Shown here piece after piece: positions 19,943-28,751 of a stretch of DNA of 64,000 bases. The notes under the pieces were generated by a model that saw only the letters and a list, made by a program, of their open reading frames with translations, was not told the origin of the DNA and did no database searches. The translations under genes were made by a program, and so were the position numbers. The stretch lies in IMG/VR virus record IMGVR_UViG_3300036770_003657, positions 186,001 to 250,000 of that record. The stretch is one strand, 5' to 3'. Numbering within the stretch: position 1 is the stretch's first letter; each line of letters begins with the position of its first letter.

Positions 19943-20136
19943 CGTAAACCTTGTATTAGTAGTTCAATTTCTTGTTGGTTTAAAAATAGGTTGTAGGTAC
20001 TAGTATTAGTTACAAGACCTTCCTTAACTGTTTCTTGTGCAAATTCGATATTATATAGAGTTTTAGGATTATCACAAGCACGTTTGGTCATTCTAATCCT
20101 ATATTCTGGCATATTCTTAATTAATATTTGGCTCAT
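19939..20136 (-). CDS. Hypothetical protein
   Basis: ATGA-coupled ORF. Confidence 0.5.
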   Translation of the reverse strand: MSQILIKNMPEYRIRMTKRACDNPKTLYNIEFAQETVKEGLVTNTSTYNLFLNQQEIELLIQGLR

Positions 20137-20636
20137 ACTGGTGTATCTCCTTCGTATTCTTTCCAGTCTGTATATACCTCACGACTCATAAGATCGTGTA
20201 AGTAATGACACCATACTCCAGGGTTAGTGTCACCCCAAGTATTGTCGTCGATTTTTAATACTGCGTTATAGTTGTATAGTTTAATATATGGAATTTTTAC
20301 ACTGATCATAGGAATGAATCTATTACTCTCTGTAAAGCTCATTTCGTGAATTTCATCAGCATATTTTACATCAAAGTCAAGAGTGACCCAATAACCAATA
20401 TCTAATAAACCATTGATCATTTTACTCCAAGCACGCCAATCTTCAAGACTAACGGGTGTAAAACTTTGACTAGTGCCTAAATAGACGTGATCAAGGTTAT
20501 CTATTTTGCTAACTATTTCATCTACAGGTTTGACACCAACTACAAATAATGTTCTTTGGCCTTTCATTGGAGTATTTTCAACTTCAGTGCCAATAAAATA
20601 GTCTACTTGTTGTCTACCTTCTGTTCCTATGGCCAT
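20133..20636 (-). CDS. Hypothetical protein in the dpd cluster
   Basis: 167-aa globular-looking ORF (GTEVENT...TNPGVWC). Confidence 0.6.
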   Translation of the reverse strand: MAIGTEGRQQVDYFIGTEVENTPMKGQRTLFVVGVKPVDEIVSKIDNLDHVYLGTSQSFTPVSLEDWRAWSKMINGLLDIGYWVTLDFDVKYADEIHEMSFTESNRFIPMISVKIPYIKLYNYNAVLKIDDNTWGDTNPGVWCHYLHDLMSREVYTDWKEYEGDTPV

Positions 20637-21505
20637 ACTATATAACCTCTGCCGTAATTTGTTGGTCTATCAGCACCATCTTTGAAAGCCTGCTGCCACT
20701 CTGTAGTCCTATTATACGCACGAGTCCAGAACCTGTCAACATTTAATTGACCTTCCTTTATCCATTTTACAGCATATTCCATACTTTGGTGGAATGTTTT
20801 ACTACGTGGGCTTGGACGTACAGTTGTTACGCAATTCCAAAGTAAATGATCTTCAGTTTGTTTACTAGTAGCCTTACCAACAGCATTAACCAATATGCCG
20901 TTTGTAGCTATGGGATAAAGATCCTCTCCTTTAAAATCCATAATCACATCGTATTCACCATCATAGGTACTTTTATGATCCTCACCAAACAGATCAGTAT
21001 GATGATTACCCAATACATTAATATCAAAATTAAAATTACTAATCTTTAGTGTAGTATATGCCACATAACTTAAAAATCCAGTACCATTAATCAGTAGTCT
21101 CCCACCTTCTTTACGTTTGAGATGATAGTAATATTGGTTTACGCTGTTTACTCCACAGGCCACAGGTTCAATGATATAGCGTGGATGTGCTTCTGGCACC
21201 TGTACATACTCTCCACCTCTTACATTATAGAAGTCAGCATAAGCAGGTTCACCTCTGGTTGCTACAAGGTCACCAACTTGTACATCATATACAAACTTAC
21301 CTACTTCTATGACTTCACCTAAACCTTCGTGTCCCTGCATACCTAATGGTAATGGACCAAAGTTGCCCTGCATCATATCAATATCACTACGACATACGCC
21401 GGTCATAATGCTACGCACACGAATACCTGTACTTGGAGTAGGTTCTAATGCTATACGTGTTTCAAAAAACTCACCGTTGCCGGTAGTGGCTAATAGTTTA
21501 TTCAT
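20627..21505 (-). CDS. Zinc-dependent (MDR) alcohol/sugar dehydrogenase
   Basis: GVCRSD and GHEGLGEV catalytic-Zn motifs, EPVAC, Rossmann GTGFL. Confidence 0.85.
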   Translation of the reverse strand: MNKLLATTGNGEFFETRIALEPTPSTGIRVRSIMTGVCRSDIDMMQGNFGPLPLGMQGHEGLGEVIEVGKFVYDVQVGDLVATRGEPAYADFYNVRGGEYVQVPEAHPRYIIEPVACGVNSVNQYYYHLKRKEGGRLLINGTGFLSYVAYTTLKISNFNFDINVLGNHHTDLFGEDHKSTYDGEYDVIMDFKGEDLYPIATNGILVNAVGKATSKQTEDHLLWNCVTTVRPSPRSKTFHQSMEYAVKWIKEGQLNVDRFWTRAYNRTTEWQQAFKDGADRPTNYGRGYIVWP

Positions 21506-22395
21506 AATTTCTCGATTTTACTGTGTATCCAACTGTCCATAAAATATTGATTATCCCAAAACTCTTGGTTATTGATATTGTTTAGTGCTGTTTCAATCAT
21601 TGTTCTATAGGCACTTTCTGGACAAAGACCTAATGGAACAAAATGTTTATGTCCTGTAAATAATTGAAAGTGGATACCAATGTCAGCAGGGTTTAGGCTA
21701 CGCCAATCTGCTGTCAGTGTCCACATAGTTTCAGCACCAAGGAATCCTAGTCTACAATAGTCATCTACATTGTACACACCATCTGGATTGACCTTTCCAT
21801 AACTGGTATTTGTGAGGTCTGCCAAAGTCCAGCGTTGTTTTACATCTTTGCGGGTACGATCTGCGTCGTAATATTGTGGGTCCATAACGCACCAAATACT
21901 TAATAAGTGTGGCATAAGGTCACGGCTAACTCCACCCCAAGCAAGTTCACGGTTAGTAAACCAACTACCTGGACTTGGCACACGATCATCATTGATCCAA
22001 TTTACGTCAACTATAACACTGGCACTGGCCAAATGTTTTATTTCATCAATATTATCTCTATATTGATTATTCTTGACCATCATAATTCGTGTATTAGGGT
22101 GGCTTTCTACAAGTAAATCCCAAGCTTCACTGGTGGGTAATCCTGGTTTCTCAATAAACAATATACTAGTATGATCAACTACTTCAAGTGCTATAGTACC
22201 GTGTGTAAAGTTAGGTGTACAAATATGTGCTGTATCAAACTTATCATTGTCCTCTAGTGCTTGATTTAGACTAGTGTAATCAGCATGGCATAATGGGTTA
22301 GTATCTACAGTGACCACAGTATGTCCCATACTTTCCAATACATCCTTGTATAGTTGACCTATACCCATACCAATGACCAGACTAGTTTTGCTCAT
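21502..22395 (-). CDS. Gfo/Idh/MocA family oxidoreductase
   Basis: IGMGIG, ICTPNFTH, IEKP and GGVSRDLMPH. Confidence 0.85.
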   Translation of the reverse strand: MSKTSLVIGMGIGQLYKDVLESMGHTVVTVDTNPLCHADYTSLNQALEDNDKFDTAHICTPNFTHGTIALEVVDHTSILFIEKPGLPTSEAWDLLVESHPNTRIMMVKNNQYRDNIDEIKHLASASVIVDVNWINDDRVPSPGSWFTNRELAWGGVSRDLMPHLLSIWCVMDPQYYDADRTRKDVKQRWTLADLTNTSYGKVNPDGVYNVDDYCRLGFLGAETMWTLTADWRSLNPADIGIHFQLFTGHKHFVPLGLCPESAYRTMIETALNNINNQEFWDNQYFMDSWIHSKIEKL

Positions 22396-22636
22396 TTTTA
22401 CTGTCCTCGTATTTCATAAACATACGTGTCACAGGTTCCATTTCTTTAGCAAAATCATTAGGCATATGTATAGTCATCATTTCCAAATGATAATCAGTAG
22501 GGTAGTGCTTTAATAAATTCCTAGCACGTTCACGTACAACCTTTGGAACCTTTGGAGTCATAAGTGGACTAGTAAGTTCCATTAGAAACTTTCTAGTTTG
22601 AACAATATTACGATAGCGTTCGTCAGGCAGTGTCAT
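22382..22636 (-). CDS. BPSL0761-like small protein
   Basis: MTLPDER...FL.EL...VRERARNLLKHYP pattern. Confidence 0.55.
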   Translation of the reverse strand: MTLPDERYRNIVQTRKFLMELTSPLMTPKVPKVVRERARNLLKHYPTDYHLEMMTIHMPNDFAKEMEPVTRMFMKYEDSKNEQN

Positions 22637-24173
22637 CTTCTACTTCCATTTCTAAGGTTTCCAAGTTATCAATTTCGTCATCACTAAATTCACCTTCTTC
22701 TAATTGTACAGGATTATCCTCTACAAAGTCAAAGAATTTATTGAATAATGGTTTAAATGCTCTTGGACCACTATCCCCTCTAGTGCCAATAACTTGATCA
22801 TAAAATTTGCCAAAGTCATCTATAATTTCTAAAGCTACTTGTTTATTACTAGTAGAAAATACAGCATTCACTATATCTCTAAAATATGTTCTATCTATTT
22901 TTTCTTTAACTAACATAGCAGGACATATTCCAGCATCATATTGGCGGTTAGCTTCTTGTACAGCATTAATATGATGCCAAATATTGTGACACATCATTAT
23001 ACCGTAGCTAAAACTATCCCAACTTGTTTTATTACTTTGTCCAAACTTATTCAAGTCACCTGGGCCGTATACACATATGTCTCCAACTTGTATTTTATCC
23101 ATAGGTGGACTATTTTCAAATACTGGTAATATGCCATCCTGTACTACTGCGTCCTTATAGAACCTTTGATCATTTTTATATTTTTTGTCATCCAAACCAG
23201 CACTCATTCTATAGGTCCATTTTTTACGATCAATGGTTTCAGTTTGATAATAAATTTGACCATTAGCAGTGGCTAGGAAAGGACTGGCACAATCAAAAGT
23301 AATAGTAAAATTTGGATTATGATATTTTCTTACTGCTCTCTGTAGGTCAGTTAATAATACAGCCCATTCTAATTTACTGGTTCCAAGAAAGTGCATATAG
23401 TCTTGATAGCCTTTTTCTAAAAGACCATCAAACCTTAATGCTACAAGTCTCTTTAACACAAGGTGGATATCACACATATTTTGTCCACCCATAGCCCAAC
23501 CATTAAAATGTTCATTAGGATATTGTTTTGGGTCACTGTATTTTTTCATTTCCTGATACCAACGTTCTGCTTCGGTATGGTCTTCACCTTGTAGAACGTT
23601 CAGGAATTTACAATTACCATTACGATTACGTATAAAGTATTCGTTATTAATATGTGTGCCGGCTACAGCATCATCAAAGTCTTCAATTTTTGTTTTTTTA
23701 ACTGCTTCTTTAAAATTGCCAATCCAACTAGGAATATCTAAAATCATTCCATAGTCCATCAGCGTATCCATCCAAGTTAATACTTGATAACGCTTTTTAG
23801 CCGCTTTAGGACAATTTGGGTCTTTCCAATTGCCTTCCCATTTGCCCTTACCTATTTGGAAACCACCGCTATCACCAAGTACCCAACTTGTCTTACGATC
23901 ACGATTGCGAAACATATCCTCACGCCAACTTACTTTAGTCAAGTCTAAATTAGCGTGTCCAGCACTGTACAAACACCATTGATAATAAAACTCACCCTTT
24001 ACCGGGTCTAAAAAGTTCAAACTTTCCATACCATTACCAAAAGCTTTTGGTATACGAGCAGGATCTACATAGTTAAAATAACGCTGTTTACCTATAAAAG
24101 TAGCATAAAAGGTGCTAGTAGCTGGCAGAAACTTTGCATAATCTAGTTGGGTACTGGTTAAGTCTTTATTCAT
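22623..24173 (-). CDS. dpdA: TGT-family transglycosylase, DpdA-like (deazaguanine insertion into DNA)
   Basis: LGDSGGFQ, ILDIP, VLQG, GWAMGG, HFLG and TFDCASP TGT-fold motifs; no C-terminal Zn-binding CxCxxC of tRNA TGTs; next to clamp/PolB and folE/queE. Confidence 0.8.
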   Translation of the reverse strand: MNKDLTSTQLDYAKFLPATSTFYATFIGKQRYFNYVDPARIPKAFGNGMESLNFLDPVKGEFYYQWCLYSAGHANLDLTKVSWREDMFRNRDRKTSWVLGDSGGFQIGKGKWEGNWKDPNCPKAAKKRYQVLTWMDTLMDYGMILDIPSWIGNFKEAVKKTKIEDFDDAVAGTHINNEYFIRNRNGNCKFLNVLQGEDHTEAERWYQEMKKYSDPKQYPNEHFNGWAMGGQNMCDIHLVLKRLVALRFDGLLEKGYQDYMHFLGTSKLEWAVLLTDLQRAVRKYHNPNFTITFDCASPFLATANGQIYYQTETIDRKKWTYRMSAGLDDKKYKNDQRFYKDAVVQDGILPVFENSPPMDKIQVGDICVYGPGDLNKFGQSNKTSWDSFSYGIMMCHNIWHHINAVQEANRQYDAGICPAMLVKEKIDRTYFRDIVNAVFSTSNKQVALEIIDDFGKFYDQVIGTRGDSGPRAFKPLFNKFFDFVEDNPVQLEEGEFSDDEIDNLETLEMEVEDDTA

Positions 24174-24366
24174 TAACTTCTTTCAAATAGTCTATATGCT
24201 GATTAATCAGCAATATTTTAATGCTAGTAGGATCAACGGCATTATTTCTTTCTATACTTAAATGAACCAGTACATTTTGTTTGTGGAGAGTCACTAGTGT
24301 ATCATTAATTAATGATACACAGTCCTTCAACATTTTTACTTGTTCTTTAATTTGAGGATCCATCAT
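24166..24366 (-). CDS. Hypothetical protein
   Basis: ATGA-coupled ORF. Confidence 0.5.
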   Translation of the reverse strand: MMDPQIKEQVKMLKDCVSLINDTLVTLHKQNVLVHLSIERNNAVDPTSIKILLINQHIDYLKEVNE

Positions 24367-25097
24367 TTGCTCTGTGCTGGTAAGATATAGTTGTATTCGG
24401 CAATACCACTATCTACAGTAATCATCATAGCACCTTGGTCACTGATCTTCATAGTCATGTCACCGTCTAAGTTTAGAATACTAAGAACTTGTTGTACTGG
24501 CCAACTCCATTCTTGCTTAAGTTTACCTGTGACCTTAGGTTGAAAAACAAAACTACCTGCGTGAGTACTAGCATCTCCAAAGCTTACTACAAGGTCTTTA
24601 TTCTCCACTTTAACTTGGAAAATAGTTTCTTCATTATGAACTTGTGCCTGTAGCTTGAGCCGTTGTGTACTACTTAGGCTAGGTGTAAATTCAATATCCC
24701 AACTTGATCCTTTAAACTTTACACTTTTTAGTTTTTCATTAATGATTTGTGTACTCATAAACCTATAGTCATTAACATAGTCCCTATCTTCATTTTCAAA
24801 GTGTAAGCCTGTAGGAATATCTTCACCATTGCGATTACTGACCACTACGTCAATACTAGCGTTTTCTTTATACTCTGGATTTTTCAATAGTAAATTAAGT
24901 TTATCCAAGTTAGGCATACCAAATATACCTTGAAAATCACCTACTGGGTTATGTGTTTTAGCTGTTAAAATTACGCTACGATCTTCTGCCATACTTTCAA
25001 TAGTAGTATCTGTACCTTCACCTGTAATTTTTACTAAGGGTAAAAATCCTAAACTATGAGTATGTGTTACAATATCTGTTAAAATGTCTTTAATCAT
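24363..25097 (-). CDS. DNA polymerase sliding clamp (gp45/PCNA-like)
   Basis: 244-aa beta-rich protein immediately downstream of PolB, ending in the clamp-like ...GIAEYNYILPA. Confidence 0.7.
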   Translation of the reverse strand: MIKDILTDIVTHTHSLGFLPLVKITGEGTDTTIESMAEDRSVILTAKTHNPVGDFQGIFGMPNLDKLNLLLKNPEYKENASIDVVVSNRNGEDIPTGLHFENEDRDYVNDYRFMSTQIINEKLKSVKFKGSSWDIEFTPSLSSTQRLKLQAQVHNEETIFQVKVENKDLVVSFGDASTHAGSFVFQPKVTGKLKQEWSWPVQQVLSILNLDGDMTMKISDQGAMMITVDSGIAEYNYILPAQSK

Positions 25098-25114
25098 TGT
25101 TATCTCCTTCGTTA

Positions 25115-25143
25115 ATTATATTTAGAAAAATGTTATTTGTCAA
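25115..25143 (-). promoter_or_regulatory. Consensus sigma70 promoter (TTGACA-N17-TATAAT) upstream of the clamp/dpd operon
   Basis: tgtcaa at 25138-25143 and attata at 25115-25120. Confidence 0.85.
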
Positions 25144-27809
25144 GCTTCAAATTCAAATAGTTGATTGAATGTGTTCGATTCCTGCGTGTTTATAATCTTC
25201 CATTTTAGAACACCGATAAGATTTTCTAATTTACTATCTATAATGGTGTCTTCCATGGCAGCATGGTCAAAAGGTAACTCCTTAAACCATTGTGGCAATC
25301 TTAATTCATCTACAGGATATGCTACGCTGGTATAATTTAATGGATTAGGTTTTAGTTTACATACTACTACTTTCATACCGTCAACAATATTCATTGAATA
25401 TTTGTCACCATTCATACGTTTAAGAGTGTTCCAGTTAATAGCAGCTCTAACGTGTCCTGGCATATTGGCCTTACCCTGTTTGCGCTCTTTTTCCTCATAG
25501 TCAGTAATATTATTGGCACGACGTGGACTACCTTTTTCCCAACCAGGACGTGACTTAAAGTTTAGTCTAAATTCAGTAATATAGTCTAATACACTGGTTT
25601 CGTCATGTCCAGTAAGCACCATCTCTAGTACTTGACTTAAAAAGTCCTGTATGAATTCTGGAGTATCAGATCTTTTAAGATCCAGTCCCATGGCCTTGAT
25701 CTTGCCTGGTTTATCTTCTAAGTCCTGTCGTTTACCTTCTTTATCATAATACAGTACACTATAGCGTTTTTTGGTAATGAATAATCCTTTACTGGCCACT
25801 AGTTCACGTCCTGCCTTAATTACACTGCCTCTTGATTTAGGACAATGAAATGCTTGCATCATAAAGTCTGGGAATGAAGTATTCACTACATCTGCTACAC
25901 CATCATACAATTGTATAACAGTTTCTTTGGTCCAAGGTATGATACCTTTATCTATATCTTTTTTCAGCGTACGATAAGCACTAAAGTAGGCACTGTCAGT
26001 ATCACCATAAATTATGCTACGACCAACATGATCATAGTCACCAGTGATAACCTCATTTATCTTAGCAGCCATGTGCTTGGTAATTTGCCTGCCACTAAGG
26101 GTAGTACTTTGCCCAATACGCTTATCAAAAAACCTACACCCAGGATTAAGAATAGCGCCATAAAGACTGTTAAGGTTAATCTTCTTAACCAACTGTCGTT
26201 TATCCCAGTATTCTTCCTCAATTTTATTTCCAGCATTTATAGCCTCCTTAAGTTTGGCCTGCATTTCTTTACGTTCTTTGTACCAACGTTCAAGTAATCC
26301 TGGAATTACTCCTTCCTTCTCATAGGTGAATATTGTACCGTTAGCACTGAGCATCCATGGTTGATTGCTGTCAAAGATCAGTTTATATGCTTCAGCAGCA
26401 CTAACTATGTCATGACCACCTTCTTCCCAGTCAATAATAATTTCAGTACCAATCTCCTTATTCATTACTGCGTCATATTCCATGCTACCAAAACGACCTT
26501 CCCATGACCCAGCAAAGCTCTTACCCTTGGCCATTTGCTCGTTCATATAAGTATCAGTCATTGTTTGACGTAGTTGACCAACGATAGTTTCTGGACCCAT
26601 GTTAAGAGCACGAATAGCACTGGGATATAGACTGTTAATGTCCACACTGCCTATCCAATCGTGTATACCTTCTTTGGGATGAGCTACATAAGCACCAGCA
26701 GCACTACCATCATCACGTTCAGCTTTTCTAGTACGATTAGGAACTACTAGTCCTCTACGATGTGCTTCATTGATAATGGCCTGTTCTGTGACTGCCACAG
26801 CGCCCATTGTAGTTTGTAGCAGTACAGTGTTTTCATGGGCTAGTGTATTGGCTAGATCAATAAATCTTAGTTTACGATCTAGCTTATCTAATAAGGCACA
26901 GTCTTGACGATTGTATTCAATAAACTTGGCAAAGTCAGTATTGTAAAGTTGATCCAGTGTACCTTCATATACTGTCTTACGTTCTCCTACTTCCATCTCA
27001 CCAATAGCATCCAGTCTATAAGTATGTCTTTCTTCATAAGTATATCTGCGATAAAGTTCTAAACTATCAAGATGCACTCGACCAACTAGGTCATAGGTTG
27101 TAGCAGTTTTTCCAAACTTTTCATATTCTCTACGTTTGGGATAATGGTTCCATAAACAAAAGCGTCTTGTATCATCTTTACTCAATACTTTGGTAACACG
27201 ATTTACAGTGTAGGGGATATCATAGCCTTCACTGTTCCAACCTGTTAATACATCAGCATCTTCAATCAAGTTTAAAAAAGTATCCAACATATCAGCTTCA
27301 TTATCAAAGAGGTGTGTATTAGGAAAGTCTTTGACTAACTTTTCTGCCTCTTTAATATTTAGGCCTTTAGGTGGAATAGCCAGTGTGACCAATGTATCGA
27401 GCCATTGTAAATGTACACTGATGGCAGTGATGGGCATAAAAGCATCATCTGGACTAGCATATCCACGTTCTGGATCAAAGTCTACCTCAATGTCAAAAAA
27501 TGCTACCTGTAGTTTTGGTGCTTCAGCATTGAGATATTGATCACTTAAACAGACAAATATTTGGTTAATATCTGCTTCATAGATCTTTTTATTTGAGTTA
27601 ATTTTAAGTTCTTTGTGGAAATCCTTTTGTGTTTTACAAATAGTTCTACTTACTGGGGTTCCATATATACTGGTATATTTTCCTTTGGAGTCGTCCGAGT
27701 AAAATACGAACTTAGCAGGATATTCTTTAAAAACACGTTGACCCTTGCGGTCACGTTCCACGACCTTGACAATATCATTGTCCCGATCAAAATAGGCATC
27801 TACATACAT
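25140..27809 (-). CDS. polB: Family B DNA polymerase
   Basis: Exo FDIE, GWNSEGYD and YNRQD; pol DINSLYPS, KINLNSLYG, YGDTDS and KKRY. Confidence 0.97.
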   Translation of the reverse strand: MYVDAYFDRDNDIVKVVERDRKGQRVFKEYPAKFVFYSDDSKGKYTSIYGTPVSRTICKTQKDFHKELKINSNKKIYEADINQIFVCLSDQYLNAEAPKLQVAFFDIEVDFDPERGYASPDDAFMPITAISVHLQWLDTLVTLAIPPKGLNIKEAEKLVKDFPNTHLFDNEADMLDTFLNLIEDADVLTGWNSEGYDIPYTVNRVTKVLSKDDTRRFCLWNHYPKRREYEKFGKTATTYDLVGRVHLDSLELYRRYTYEERHTYRLDAIGEMEVGERKTVYEGTLDQLYNTDFAKFIEYNRQDCALLDKLDRKLRFIDLANTLAHENTVLLQTTMGAVAVTEQAIINEAHRRGLVVPNRTRKAERDDGSAAGAYVAHPKEGIHDWIGSVDINSLYPSAIRALNMGPETIVGQLRQTMTDTYMNEQMAKGKSFAGSWEGRFGSMEYDAVMNKEIGTEIIIDWEEGGHDIVSAAEAYKLIFDSNQPWMLSANGTIFTYEKEGVIPGLLERWYKERKEMQAKLKEAINAGNKIEEEYWDKRQLVKKINLNSLYGAILNPGCRFFDKRIGQSTTLSGRQITKHMAAKINEVITGDYDHVGRSIIYGDTDSAYFSAYRTLKKDIDKGIIPWTKETVIQLYDGVADVVNTSFPDFMMQAFHCPKSRGSVIKAGRELVASKGLFITKKRYSVLYYDKEGKRQDLEDKPGKIKAMGLDLKRSDTPEFIQDFLSQVLEMVLTGHDETSVLDYITEFRLNFKSRPGWEKGSPRRANNITDYEEKERKQGKANMPGHVRAAINWNTLKRMNGDKYSMNIVDGMKVVVCKLKPNPLNYTSVAYPVDELRLPQWFKELPFDHAAMEDTIIDSKLENLIGVLKWKIINTQESNTFNQLFEFEA

Positions 27810-27820
27810 TATAATCTCCC

Positions 27821-27868
27821 TTGTGATTTGAGGCTCACAAATACCATTGTAGTGACTTATGGCTCACT
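27821..27868 (-). promoter_or_regulatory. Tandem RNA hairpins directly upstream of the polB Shine-Dalgarno (putative translational operator)
   Basis: ttgtga-N8-tcacaa (27821-27840) and agtga-N8-tcact (27851-27868). Confidence 0.6.
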
Positions 27869-27873
27869 GGGCC

Positions 27874-28089
27874 TTACATATATACTTTAATTATGCCTAC
27901 AACATAGATTAAAGTAATAACTATCTGCATTACTGTTAGGCTCCACTTGCGCCATATTACACCTAGTATTACCCAACCAAGATTTCCTATCAACAATACC
28001 CAAAGGTTTAAGGGAAATATATTGAAACTAGTTAGAGCAACACCTGCTAGTAATACAATGGTACAGAGCCATTCAAATGCTGTCAGCAT
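27874..28089 (-). CDS. Small membrane protein (about 3 TM)
   Basis: Hydrophobic segments; start MLTAFEW is coupled to the upstream stop. Confidence 0.6.
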   Translation of the reverse strand: MLTAFEWLCTIVLLAGVALTSFNIFPLNLWVLLIGNLGWVILGVIWRKWSLTVMQIVITLIYVVGIIKVYM

Positions 28090-28346
28090 TAGATTTTTTT
28101 GGTAATATCCAAAATTGCTTCTACTTCTTTCCAATCATTATCGTAGTTGCTCCAATCACCCTTATGTGCGATTTTGATAGCACGATTGATAACACTGGTT
28201 TTTACGTTTAGTTCTTCGGCTACTGCTTTAACGGTTTCTTTAAGACCTTCTTGGAGATCTTCAATTTCACGAAGAACAGTGCTGCCTTCGTTAATCAATT
28301 TCTCCAATTTTGCTTTTTCTTCAGGTCCGTAAATTCTTGTGGTCAT
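28089..28346 (-). CDS. dsDNA-binding protein (T4 DsbA/GapR-like)
   Basis: Helical EIEDLQEGLKETVKAVAEEL...INRAIKIAHK pattern; GAGGA RBS. Confidence 0.55.
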   Translation of the reverse strand: MTTRIYGPEEKAKLEKLINEGSTVLREIEDLQEGLKETVKAVAEELNVKTSVINRAIKIAHKGDWSNYDNDWKEVEAILDITKKI

Positions 28347-28398
28347 TGACAATCCTCTAAAGTGAATATATAATACATGTATTGTTAACTTAAGTCAA
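28346..28398. promoter_or_regulatory. Overlapping oppositely oriented sigma70 promoters
   Basis: + strand: TTGACA 28346-28351 / TATAAT 28369-28374. - strand: TTGACT 28398-28393 / TATTAT 28375-28370. Both have 17-nt spacers. Confidence 0.75.
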
Positions 28399-28406
28399 GG
28401 TGTTCT

Positions 28407-28730
28407 ATGAAAAAAGTCATTGCTAGTTTACTCGTTGCTTATTCCAGTGCCAGTTTAGCCTATTTGGGCACTTGGAATGATCCCTTGAAGCCATTTGATG
28501 CTACAAAAAATGATATCAGCAAAATGAGCATAACTTGGAAAATTACTGATGATGTAGTTGGCGAATGTAATAAGGCAAATAGGGCTATGGGATTTACCAA
28601 ACCATTAGGTCCTTTGACTGCCTGTAGTTTTTGGAAATTTGATACTTGTACCATTATCACCAGTAAAACTCCTACCATGCATGAAGTTGGGCATGAGCTT
28701 AGGCATTGCTACCAAGGAAATTGGCATTAA
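28407..28730 (+). CDS. Small secreted HExxH protein (mini-zincin-like)
   Basis: Signal peptide MKKVIASLLVAYSSASLA, Cys residues, C-terminal HEVGHELRHC. Confidence 0.6.
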   Translation: MKKVIASLLVAYSSASLAYLGTWNDPLKPFDATKNDISKMSITWKITDDVVGECNKANRAMGFTKPLGPLTACSFWKFDTCTIITSKTPTMHEVGHELRHCYQGNWH

Positions 28731-28751
28731 AAATCTTTTTTGCCTTTTTCT

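Noticed and set aside
22623-24173. Canonical tRNA-guanine transglycosylase (tgt)
   Set aside because: It lacks the Zn-binding CxCxxC motif, is longer and divergent, and lies in the DNA replication operon. DpdA-like is preferred, although a tRNA target is not formally excluded.
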